A stretch of 62,179 bases of DNA, the filler included, from Choristocarpus tenellus KU-1152 (lineage: Eukaryota; Protista; Phaeophyceae), in NCBI GenBank assembly GCA_964200185.2. It is 9 parts of 9 records of this genome, joined end to end, with 100 filler letters (N's around TTAATTAATTAA, not from the genome) between each part and the next. Parts side by side here need not be neighbours in the genome. Positions count along the whole stretch, not along the records: positions 32,371 to 36,412 come from CAXNAD020016517.1; positions 36,513 to 39,568 come from CAXNAD020022630.1; positions 39,669 to 51,687 come from CAXNAD020002023.1; 6 more parts are not named here. The stretch is one strand, 5' to 3'. Within the stretch, counting starts at the first letter, position 1, and each line of letters opens with the position of its first letter. Of the stretch, positions 35,944 through 47,499 are shown piece after piece. Below the pieces are notes generated by a model that was not told the DNA's origin, ran no database searches, and worked only from the letters and a program-made list of their open reading frames with translations. The position numbers and the translations under genes were made by a program.

Positions 35944-36200
35944 GAGTCAAATCATTTAAGAGGGTAGGACCGCGTCCGTTTGGGATCATAAATGCAATGT
36001 TGTGATTTTGATGAATTTGGCTATCGTGTTTTTTGGCAAGGACTAGAATCCTTGTTCCAGACACACCTTTCATAGTTGAATACATTTTAGGTCACTGTGT
36101 TCACACAGAAAACCGAAAAGGGGAGTAAGAAACCTGTGTGAAGCCAAGCCCCAAAAGAACAAGCAGGGCAAAATTCATACCCTCTTAAATGTTTTGGGTC
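35944..36200 (+). mobile_element. MITE family 2 copy (~257 bp)
   Basis: TIR gagtcaaatcatttaagagggta / taccctcttaaatgttttgggtc; flanks AAT/AAC. Confidence 0.8.
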
Positions 36201-36393
36201 AACATAGTGATACAGTACACAATGTATCAGGAAGGCTAAAAACTTTGATTCTAGAGTTGTGGGTCGAGACAAACCGACTCTTCACGATATGTCAGAGGAA
36301 AACAACAAAACCCTCCGATCACCGACATAGTTAACCCAATGCTGTTAGTATCCATTTTAAGCAGGTTTATGTTGATGGATGCAATTTCCCTTG

Positions 36394-36412
36394 GGGTCAA
36401 AGTATCTGGGGG
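36394..36412 (-). mobile_element. MITE family 1 terminus (partial, contig end)
   Basis: gggtcaaagtatctgggggg directly before the spacer. Confidence 0.75.
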
Positions 36413-36512
36413 NNNNNNNNNNNNNNNNNNNNNNNNNNNNNNNNNNNNNNNNNNNNTTAATTAATTAANNNNNNNNNNNNNNNNNNNNNNNNNNNNNNNN
36501 NNNNNNNNNNNN
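36413..36512. other. Artificial contig spacer
   Basis: N44-TTAATTAATTAA-N44. Confidence 0.97.
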
Positions 36513-36621
36513 AATTTAATATTAGAGTAAGATCCTTTTTCTCTTTTTTAAAATATTTTATTTCTTTTTTTGCTGGTGTTCCCCTTCTCCCCCCCCCCCC
36601 CCACCTCCACCCCTTCTCGTA

Positions 36622-36656
<35 letters not shown>

Positions 36657-37468
36657 CATTACACTATCAGTTTTACTTCTCTCTGACTGTGGGGCTACTA
36701 ATGCCCTATTAATGCCATTCTGTTTGTATTACGATATAGTATCGATACTGACTTAATCTTCATGGCGGGGGTATCAACTTCAACTACTTAATTGTCCACT
36801 CCTTCGTCCCAGACGGGTCTTGTAACAGCGATATTGCCCTCATTGGGAAGGCGTTTTGTCCACAACCAGACGATCGATCCAATGAATGTTTGATGTATGA
36901 GGAGACTCTGCTGCCAATGGCCACAGCAACAGTGGAAATGGTTTGCTCTGCGCTTGGTACTATTTTTTTTTAATATATTTATTGTTTTCTCTGTAATGGG
37001 GGACTTCAACGGATCGGTATCATCATCGGGGTGTGATTTACCATCGAAAGCGTCTCATTTTTTTTTTTTTCAGTTAATACTCCAATAAAAATATATGTAT
37101 AGTACAGTCAAATAATAAATGTAAAATATAATATTTCTGATTGAACTAAAACAAAAACATTTTTTTTTTGTCTGTATGTATATATATATATATTTATTTA
37201 TTTATTTTTTGAGCGGAAGTGACTCGAGGAGGGAAGGAAGGTGTTCGCCACGTCTCGATTGTAAAAATAATAATTTTTCTTACCCTCTGACCTTTTGGTG
37301 GTGTAAAAATAATAATTTTTATTTTTTTAGCGCATACAGTACACACACCCCTACAGTTGACAGTTGTGGATTGCGCAGTTTGGCTGTTGATTTTTGATAG
37401 TGTATCTTTGATAGTGTATCAAGAGTCGTCTTTACTGTTACTCATTTTTTTTATTTTTTCATCTGCAG

Positions 37469-39276
37469 TCAGAGTAGAACATATTTGAATAGAACAGAGT
37501 CTATCGTAAGTGCCAAGATGTATGCACATCTTCATTCCTTTTTGACTAACTACATTTTTACTGTTATTGACTGTATATATAATTATACATACGTTGTTAT
37601 TATTATTATTATTATTATTGTGTATACATCAATTATTTTGACTAACTACATTTTTGCTGTTATTGGCTATATGTATGTATATGTATATATATATATATGT
37701 TATTGTTATTATTATTATTATTGTGCATACATCCATCATGCATTCTTGTATGGTATATATGTGTGTAATATACCTATACTGACACCCTTGTTGTTCCTTG
37801 TATGGACCTAACCCTAACCCTTAGTCATCGCTTTGGGTCAGGGTTAGGGTTAGGGTACACACCTCTAATAAGCAGTATGAGAAGAAATCAACAAACTCAT
37901 ACTCTGTAAGACCCGTGTACCACCACTTCATTTCACATACATACATACATACATACATACATACATACATACACATACATACATACATACATACATACAT
38001 TCATACATACGTACATACATACATACATACATACATTCATACATACGTACATACATACATACAGCCTGTGCTACAAAGGAAATGGTTGAATACACTCTAA
38101 GCACTGTCCTGAGTAATGTATGTTGAGGAGGGAACTGACTGCAATAGCTCTTGACTGCAATAGCTGTTCAGGATAGCCTCTTGTAAGACACAATGTACTT
38201 TGTGTCTAGTATGTTATCTTACAGAGGAAATGACCTGGGCAATGAATGCATATACTACATACACGTATTAGTAGTAGTAGTAGTAGTATTAGTATATTAT
38301 TATTATTTATACGGTGTTATTAGTATATTATTATTATTATTATTAGCATATTATTAGTAGTAGTATCCTGCATGCATACAAGTATTTGCAGCTAGCTGTT
38401 ACTTGTACTAATCATCTCTAGCACATCACATTAACCCAGTGGCTTGCTTTCAATCCAATCGAGTTCCTCCTCCATATTTGAATAGCTCTCCTCCTCCCCC
38501 CAAACACACACCTTTGTGTTGACAGGTCAGTGGGATAAGCGACTTTTTGGGAGATCTTTTCTCCTTGACACTGAGGACATTAGCAGGCAATACAGATAGA
38601 AACAGACAAACCTCTGCTATCTTTTCTCCAATGGCCTCGACCACTAGCAGGGAAGATTCTCACCCTCCTCCTCTGTTTCTATTGGCTACTCAAACTCTTC
38701 TTCTCGCTCGGAACCTTGCATTGGCGAGGGGTACAGGACAGGCGAGTGCGGTCCTGGTCCAGGTTCCGGTCCCGGTCCAGGTCCAGGTCCCAGTTTTGGT
38801 CTGGTGTGTTTTATCCCTTGCCCTGTAGTACGTACTCATAAGGAGGCGCTCTGGAGGTACCAAATTAATGTTAAGATGTGATGCTAAATTGATGTTATGG
38901 CAGCATACAGTTGAACTTTCACTACAGATGCTATTTGTGGCATGCCTTGGTCGTTTTTGGATTTATTCATTATTTATTGGTGAAGAGTTTTTTTTTTGTC
39001 TTTTTAAGTTAAATTTTTTTTGGAAAGGAAATGGAGACATTCAAGAGGTGGAATTGGAAACAATAAAAAAAAAGAAAAAAAGGATAACCTTTTTTATTTT
39101 GCTTCTGAAAAATTGGATGTACAATGCTCACAAAACATTCAAGATAGCGTCATTTTCACAATTTTTGAACTAGTGTGGTATCCACAAAAAACCACATGCC
39201 ATGAGGACATCAGGGAGGTTCTAAAGAGTCATCGAACACGCCTCCCTCAACCCTCTCGGTCACATTTGATTAACAG
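37469..39276 (+). CDS. Three internal exons of an unidentified protein-coding gene
   Basis: Exons 37469-37505 (ctgcag|..|gtaagt), 38526-38730 (gacag|..|gtacag) and 39174-39276 (actag|..|gtaggt) join in compatible phases (0,1): [114 protein letters not shown]. Confidence 0.55.
37807..37856. repeat. Interstitial telomere-like repeats in inverted arrangement
   Basis: cctaaccctaaccct ... ggtcagggttagggttagggt. Confidence 0.75.
37936..38063. repeat. (TACA)n microsatellite
   Basis: About 30 imperfect TACA units. Confidence 0.95.
38266..38366. repeat. (TAG)n/(TAT)n compound microsatellite
   Basis: Direct inspection. Confidence 0.85.
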
Positions 39277-39568
39277 GTAGGTATCTATCTTACCTATAGC
39301 CTAGTGCCCTTTCTTACCCCCAGCTTGCACTGAACAAGACCAAGACGTCCCAACTACCTTGAAGTATTTTCATCATTATGTACATATTACTAGTGGGTAT
39401 CAACTATCCCTAACCCTAGTGCTTACACTACACTACCCTCGACTCTCCCCACACTGCCGCGTACCCTAACCCTAAACAAATTTCCAAAAGTATCTTCTTT
39501 TTTTTGTTTTTGTTGGGGAGGAACTGTTGTTCGATATGTGTAAGGGGTTGCTGTGACTGCGTTGGATT

Positions 39569-39668
39569 NNNNNNNNNNNNNNNNNNNNNNNNNNNNNNNN
39601 NNNNNNNNNNNNTTAATTAATTAANNNNNNNNNNNNNNNNNNNNNNNNNNNNNNNNNNNNNNNNNNNN
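39569..39668. other. Artificial contig spacer
   Basis: N44-TTAATTAATTAA-N44. Confidence 0.97.
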
Positions 39669-39757
39669 CCCCCCCGATAGACATTTGAAACACCATCAAT
39701 CAATTTCAATTCACCTCCCCTCACCCTCTCACCAAATGTATTTTGATACTCTGGAAG

Positions 39758-42700
39758 GCATCAGGAAAAGACTTGACAGATCAACAGCTGAATGAGGCTG
39801 TGTCTGGTATGCTTGCACCTTTAGGGGACCGCTACACCCGGTACTTGCCACCTTCCAAGTACCAAACTATAGTTCAGGTATGCAACTGGACTTCAAAGGT
39901 TTTTCTATCCTCCCTTCACTCCTTTGCCTGCCCCCGCTTGCCCATCTGCGTCAGATGTCCATGCTGATGCACCATGCGTTTAATTTGTCTCCTGGTGTAT
40001 GCTTTGTTGGCTTGACACTCCCTAACCCTAACCCTACCCTAACCCAAGGGGGCTCTCTCTGTGCTGCTGCGAATTAATTTTTTGCTTATCTGTTAGACGG
40101 AAGCTGCTGCAGTTTTTGTCAAAGTGAAAGCTATGGTGTTTAAAGGGCACACACTCATTCGCCTCATCTACAATACCTTTCTGAAAGGATTACTGATATA
40201 TTTTATTGTTTTGTATGAGACATGGTGACCAAGAGGTAACTGCATTGTTTATTGCGCCGGGGAGTTAACTCCACGGGGCATCAAGCAGTTAATTAGATTA
40301 CAGCACAAAGGTCAGGCGAGGGTACTATGGAGGGGCACAGGGTCCAGCGAGGCAGGTTGACTAAGGTCAATGCTACCAGGACTTGTATGGTTGGATATTC
40401 TTTGGTGTTGTCAGTCACTTCAATGTTTGGATTAGGGTTAGGGAAACTTACCTCCCTCCCTGAAGGTCCAACAGGTTGAGTGCTATTGTATTGCAGCAGA
40501 GAGTCCAAACCTCATCGTGAGGGCTGCCCTAAGCAACAACTGATAAGAATAAGCCTACTTACTTTCCTCACCTACCCCCTCACACCCTGTCCTGCAAGAC
40601 AAATCCCCATCAAGCAACCTTAGCTCCTTTCACGCCTCGGTCTTGCTGCACCCTTTCACACAGTCGACGTCGGGCGAGCTGGCTGGGGTAGGCATTTCAC
40701 TGTCAGTAGATAAGGAGACTGATCTCATCTTGGCAGCTGATGTAGAGCCTGGGACGCCCGCTGCAGAAGCAGGATTGCAGGTGCACGCACCCCTTGTTGG
40801 TTCCTTTTTTAGTGGCCGTTCTTTTTTACTTAGGGTTAGGGAAACATCTGTGCACTGTATCTGCCCCCTTTGCTTGTTGTTTCTGGTCTTGCGGTTTCAT
40901 ATGTGTGTAGATGGCGTTTCTCCAAGGTATCTGTATCCTCCCCCCTTTTTTTCTTGTGTGCTTGTGCGTGAACGGCATGAGTCATCGGTGTATTAGCTCG
41001 TTGGATGCACCCTAGCCCCAATCAGCAGCTTGAACTCCAAAGTAGTGCTCTATGAATGAATGGCGTAGCCTATCTAAAGTTGTTGCCTTGCCCCGTTTGC
41101 TAGAAATGTGCCAGCTTGAGCCGTGGCTGTAGGAAGCGGCGTGAACACAGTTTTCCCCTACCCAACCTAACCCTACCCAATGCCTTTTTTGGACTCCCTT
41201 CAGGAAAAGATAATCCCACCAAGAGTTCCCTTACTATGCACCCATGGCTGTTGTCTGACCCTCCCGACCCCCTCCCTCTCCCTCTCCCTCTTATTCTTTT
41301 TTGTTCAACATCTCCACCTCTGTGTGTTTGTCTGTGTGTTTGACTGTGTGTGTGTCTTGCAAGGCAGGGGACCTTCTGGTACAGATCAGTGGGGATAGTT
41401 GCAAGGGGCTAGCACCTGATGATGCTGCGGCGCTACTGCGTGGTCCGGAGGGTAGCAAGGTGGGCACAAACTAGCTTCATTCATGGAGGCTTTTAACCAG
41501 GACTAGCTTCAAGTTGCCGAGCTGGGATCTTCCTTAGTAGATTGGTTTGTATTGCTGTGTCTTTGGTGGAGAGCAACTTAGGGTGCTGTGCTTCAGATCA
41601 TGCCAGTTGTTTGCCACAGGGGTGGGGGGGATCAAAGGGTGTACCGTATCAAAGGTACAGGAGAGGGACTGCCTAGTCTGCTTTGCGTGAAGTCAACTCA
41701 GGGGCCTGACCTTGACATTGTTTCCTTTGTTGCTCTATGATTGTGACGTGATTTTCTTTGTGTGGGTCTTTGTATACGGGTAGTTAGTTCCCTAGGGGGG
41801 GTTTCTATTTGAATTGTGGCGTTGCTCCACATTTTCGAATTTTCAAGTTAAGTCAAGACCCTGTACCTTGCTGCCTAACCGTGTTTTTTTTATTTGGATG
41901 TTTAAAACCTTTGCAGGTGGGGATAGTTGCTCGCCGTGATACAAGTGGGGAGGGCGCAGGTGGGGGTGGGGTGGACAAAATGGAGAAGCTAGATTTGATA
42001 GTGACAAGGAGGCGGTTCAAGTTGGCGGGAGTTTTGGCAAAGGAGGAGAACATTGGGGGGAGACGTATTGGGGTGAGTTGAAATAGCTTCAATTGAAATT
42101 CTACCCTTGAGGATCCATTACCTGTCTGTGGATCATAGTGCTTTTTTATTTCTGACGAATTGTGTCAGGGTTGAATTGATAGTGCCTGGCTGTTGTCTAG
42201 GTGTGTTGATTCAATTATTGTTTCCTAGGCTAGACCTCTGTAAAATAATGAAAACCTTTGGTGTGCTAAGTGTCAGGTTTTGCACAATGTTGGGAATATA
42301 TTTTTTCTTTTGTGTGTCAAACTGGCTTTATATGGTTATCTCTCTCTCTGCTACAACACACAGTACTACCATGCAGAGGACTTCGCAACCACATTAAACC
42401 CACAGGAGGTGGAGGACAGACTTCCCTGTACATTTTACAGTTATTTTCCAGCTTTCTACTGAGTACTGTAGAGTAGTACTTTCAGCAATCTTGGGAAAGG
42501 GGGGGCGGGGGGGAAGTACGTAATATTTTGACAAATATGACATCAAAGCATAATAGACAGACAAGACAACAAGTTTCGCCACAACTATAGCTAGGTCCCA
42601 ATGCAATGAGAGGACAGAATGGTCTACCATCCCTTTGCTTTGAAGCATGAAGGTGTCTTTTCTGTTGAAGTTGTCTCTGTTATATCTCTTGCCCGAATCA

Positions 42701-45700
42701 AATGTACCCCTTTCATTCTGATCAATTCCACAATGGAATGACATAACCGACCTCACCACTCTTGTCATCGGCACACTGTATAGCCTTAACTGTGTAGCTT
42801 TTTCCCTCTCAATATCCTGGCTGGTGCCAATTATAGGAGGTTCATGACCTCATCTAGTAAATGTGCGTCAGTGTCTCAATTGGATACACGGGTCAAAGTA
42901 TCTGGGGGGGGTGGCGGTTGTACATTTGGGGCCAATTTTTTCATGTCGCGATTTTTGGGTGATTTGGTTCCATATGTTGGATAATGAAAGGGCACTTTTC
43001 CTGGTTTTGATTCAAATAGACACTCTGGTGTAGAACCCCCCCCCCCAGATACTTTGGGTCACACACTTCATATTTGAGAGATGGCCTGTTCCTTTGGTGT
43101 AACTATTATTACACAAGTGCTAGCCTTTGTACCATACCCCCCACCCCCTCATCATCACATTGCCCTTTTTCAAACTCTGGTGGAGAAATTGGGGGCCAAC
43201 CAGTCTGGGGAACAGACCCCCACACTAGATGGCATGCACCCTCACTATCCCACAGCACTTCACCCTGCATCCCCTTGGAGTTGATGACAACCCGCTTCAT
43301 TTTCTGACTAGGTCTTTGTTACGGGATGAAACCTTTCTTTTGATTCCAGATCATTCGGATAAAGTCTTTCAGTGCCAACACCACGCCTGATGTGAAAGCA
43401 GCCCTTGAGTCCTTCCGTAAGAAGGGTGGGGGACGTCCTCCAGACAAGCTCATTGTGGATCTGAGGGGGAATGCGGGGGGTTTGCTACCTGGAGGGATTG
43501 ACACTGCCGGCCTCTTCTTAGATTCTGGAAAGGTGAATATGTGGGGGGGGGGTGGGGCGTTGTCGAGGGTGGGGGACTTGGCAGGAGTTTCATAAGCTGT
43601 GTGTTGCTAATAAGTAATCGCCTTCCCGGGGTGTTAGAATTAGTATCTGGTGACAGGAGACAATCATTGCACCTGTTGGCAATCGAAGTGCTTTAAGAAT
43701 GATATCTCCTCCCCCCCTTCTTGTTCCCTCCCCCACTATTCACCCATACCAACCCAATACAATAATTCATCAACAAAAGGTGACAGTGATGTGAGTGATG
43801 TTGCAGCGTGGGGGCACCTTGTTGGTTGAGTATGAGATGTAGGACTTTACACACACTTGGTTGTGTCTGTTGCATAAGCTCATTCTACTATACTAGTGGA
43901 GAACAGGACTTTTGAACAAACATTAATCTTTTGTGTGTGGGTCTATGGTTGGTTTTTAGTAAATGAGTTCGTACATCTGTTGGACTTACTAGTAATTTAT
44001 TGGTATTTTTGTTAGACTGATGCAATAATTGTAGTGGTTTATCTCATGTATGACCAATATACTGATAAGGTGGTAATATATTTGGTCACAGGATTCATGT
44101 TATTTATGTATGGTGTCAATGAAGGAATTCTTTGGTAGATAAGTAATAATAAAATATGTTAGCAAGAGCACATATCATTCACACAACATGAAACTCTTAC
44201 ATTTGGCAAAGTGGACTGTTGGACAACCCCAGCTCCTTTGTTCTCCTTACTTCTATCTTGGTTGAGTCTCCATTACCTTCACAAATAGTAGCCTGCAAAG
44301 TATATCTGCACAGATTATGGAGATTGATCTGAAGACGCTGCCTGTATGGACAAGTGCAATGAGAGTCATTCTGGTCAACATGGAGGCTGGCAGTCATAAG
44401 CCTTGCTGGAGGAAATGGCATTGCAGCGAGGGCAACCCAGATGATGAGGGGGGGGCATATTTGGAATGAGATTGAGTCTATAGATGATGTCCCAAGGATT
44501 GGGTCCACATACAACACCTGCATTCAGACCAAGGCAGTGAGGATGACGTATTGAATATACATGGCACTGTGAACAACAAGACACAGGCTGTTACCAGGGG
44601 GACAGTTGGAAACATTCCAAAATGAAATCAACACACAAATGTGTACATGGGATGGCGTCTGCGCAAGGGTCCCCCACAGCACCCGGACGAGATGGCGTCA
44701 TTAGGGGGGGGGAGGGGAACAACAGGAAGAATGAGGCAGGTGTGTGCCCTGAGAGCATGTTGAGTGTCAACAGAGGTGACAATTCCCTGCGTTTATGATG
44801 AGGTTGAGGGACTGCACCAATGAAGACTTGCATGGAGATTCTGATAAGGTTTTATATGGTGGAGTTGATTCAGTGTCAGGGGCAACACTGGTCTGCAGAC
44901 ACACAGAGGAGGCCTGTGACTATACTACTAGCCACGGATAGCTCGAATTTTCAAGGGTAAGCAACCAGACCCAGGTGTGGATCCCCAACGCACGCGCATG
45001 TATCCTTGCCATACACTTGTTGGAGAGGGTGTTTAAAGAGGGACAAGAAGGGCCACCTCAGGTCGGCCATGGAGAGGAAAGGAAAATTTCCTTTGTGAAG
45101 CAACATCAAAGTTCACAGCACTAAAATATGCAGTGGCCCTAGCACTGGTTCAGACATGTCTAGTGGGGTAGGTGCGGATCCCAAGGCAAACGCAGCAATA
45201 GTGACTGTACAATTGCTGGAAAGAGTGTTTCAGAGGCAACAAGAAGGGCCATCTGAAGTTGATGTGTCATTGGAATATGGCGGTTTTGTCTTTTGTATGT
45301 AGAAGGTGGAGGTGCAAGTTGGAGCTGTGAACAAGATTCAAGTTTTTTGGGGCACAGTGACAGAAAGATGGACAGGAAGTGATTTATAGGGTATGGTGAA
45401 TTGGACTGCGCAAATGACCCAGCATTGAGATAGAGCATCCCAATGCATCACCTGCAATAGCAGTAGATGTCTTGTAGGAAACATCAAATATATCTAATTG
45501 AAACGTCAAATTAGGTGCACATCACAAAACAAAAAAAAAGTGCCAAGAGGCGGTCTTCCAGTATTAATCCCCCCAGACATGTTCGTATCATTGCTCTGTG
45601 CAAATAAGTTAACTTGAATTTCTGATGAAATGACTAGGTGATCTTTGTCAAATGACACGTATCATGAAAGAATTTAAGAACTCTCCCCCCCCCCCACCCC

Positions 45701-47355
45701 CCACCCCCACCCCCACCCCCTACTTTTGCCAATCTGATAAGGATATAGTTTTCATCATCCGAAAGAGCGGGCCCGTTGAACCACGTACCACGACAGAGGC
45801 AGGACCAGAGGCCACCGGGCCTCCACTCACAGTTATAGTGGATGGTGGCACTGCTTCAGCAGCAGAGGTCTTTGCTGCTGCAGTCAGGTACATAGAACAG
45901 GAATAGACTTATTGCGGGGTAAATCCTGGACTTGCTATACCTCCCAGTTTACCATGTCATATGGCTCACATTGTGCCAATGGTGTTCTTGTGTGAGCAGG
46001 AAGGCTTTTTCCCTCTCGGTACAATGCAGCAGAGAGCTACACGATGGACTTGGCATATTACACCATATTGCACCATCAGCCAGCCTTGTAGGAAGCATTT
46101 TTTTAGTATACCGGGTTGAAAAGTCCTGACCACCATTTCTTGGAGGGGGGGGTGGGTTTGGGTGCAGGCATTCAAATGCGTGGCTCGTCCGGGCAACTCT
46201 ACATTTAAATTCCTGTGAGACAGAATGTATGGCACATTGCATTGCCACTGCTGTGGTCTCCGCTCTGCCCAGCACTCCAGCACATTGTCCAAAAGGCTCC
46301 TTACCCCATTCCGATGTAATGCCTTCATTATGCAGATTCCCCCTGCTTCGACATGGCTCTTGCTGTGTTTGACCAAGCTTTATTGGGCATGACTGGGCTG
46401 TGCTAAAATATTTATTATACCACAGATACTCTCTCGTGCCCCTCTTCTAACCTTGCTTTCAGTTTCTGTTGTGCACTTCAATGATATGTTCAATGATACG
46501 TTGATAATGGAACTGCAGGGAGAATGATCGTGCAACGCTTACAGGGGCCCGCACATTTGGCAAGGGGGTGATCCAAACAGTGGAACCACTGTCCAATGGG
46601 GGTGGTGTGGCAGTCACAGTGGCCAGGTGAGTGTCACTTGGGTTTGAGGTCCAAGGAAACTCTGTTTTCATCCTGGGAGAGGGGGAAACAAAGGGGTGTC
46701 AAGATTAAGGGTTGCAACATGCTGTGTTCAGTCTCACTGAACCTGATCTCTTCAATTAAGTTTTTTTAAACGAGAGAAATATGTCTAGGATCTGTAGAAA
46801 GTATCAAACCATTTTCGGTACGGAATGATATTAGAAGTGAGTTGTATGGGACAGTCCTTGTAAGGAAATGTGAAGCAGTTGAAGGAATGTGATGTAAGGG
46901 TGAACTACAGGCATGGGAAGGAAGCAGTGAGGATGATTTAGGCACTAGTACCATACTACTGTAGGGTCCGTGCTATCCCTCCTTCTGTAAGCCAATCCCC
47001 TCTCATGTGACTATTTTGCTACTTTGTGAGTGCTGATCTATCAGTGTGAGCCATCTCCTTCCATTTGTGCACTAATTTTAATGTTGCATCCTAAATGTCT
47101 CTATGTGACAAATTTACTACTTAGTGTATGTTTGTAATATGCCTCCGTCAAAATTTGCCCAAGTTGTTATCCTTTCATGACTCAGTGGTATCCACTAAGA
47201 GTGTCAATCGTCCCAACTTTTCACAACGTGTGTGTTGCCCATGCTGTATAAGGTACGAAACACCATTGCATAGCAACATCAACAAAGTGGGAATACCCGT
47301 GGATCACGAGGTGGAATGCCCAGTGACAAAGGATGCTGCCCTATGTGTCACCTGA
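39758..47355 (+). CDS. ctpA: Carboxyl-terminal processing protease, peptidase S41A with PDZ domain (CtpA-like, probably plastid-targeted); 5'-truncated, 8 exons
   Basis: Exons 39758-39877, 40664-40780, 41364-41459, 41917-42072, 43350-43532, 45742-45887, 46519-46626 and 47253-47355 give a 342-aa open frame ending in TGA. Motifs: MLAPLGDRYTRYL, GELAGVGI (PDZ), PGTPAAEAGLQAGD, LRGPEGSKV, IIRIKSFS, DLRGNAGGLL, catalytic Ser in GTASAAE, catalytic Lys in TFGKG, and VTVARYETP..INKVGIPVD. Confidence 0.95.
42890..43060 (-). mobile_element. MITE family 1 copy inside CtpA intron 4
   Basis: GGGTCAAAGTATCT+G-tract ... C-tract+AGATACTTTGGGTC; flanked by ACAC on both sides. Confidence 0.88.
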
Positions 47356-47499
47356 GAGAAACATATCACCTGCTAGTTTTTTGCTCATCCTGTCACATCA
47401 CTCTTGTGCTAATTGTTGATGAGGGAGAGGGGTAACCTAGCCCAACTCACAGCAAAGCATCAATGAGAGTCTTGCCCAACAGACCTGAGTAAAGTGGAC

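Noticed and set aside
35956-36188. TTAA-flanked element (piggyBac/Kolobok-type TSD)
   Set aside because: The TTAA lies inside a longer inverted repeat extending to 35944/36200, so it is part of the TIR rather than a TSD.
37469-39877. Exons at 37.4-39.3 kb as the missing 5' end of CtpA
   Set aside because: They are separated from CtpA by an artificial spacer. The last exon ends in phase 2 while the CtpA exon starts in phase 0 (or 1), and the peptide lacks CtpA N-domain features.
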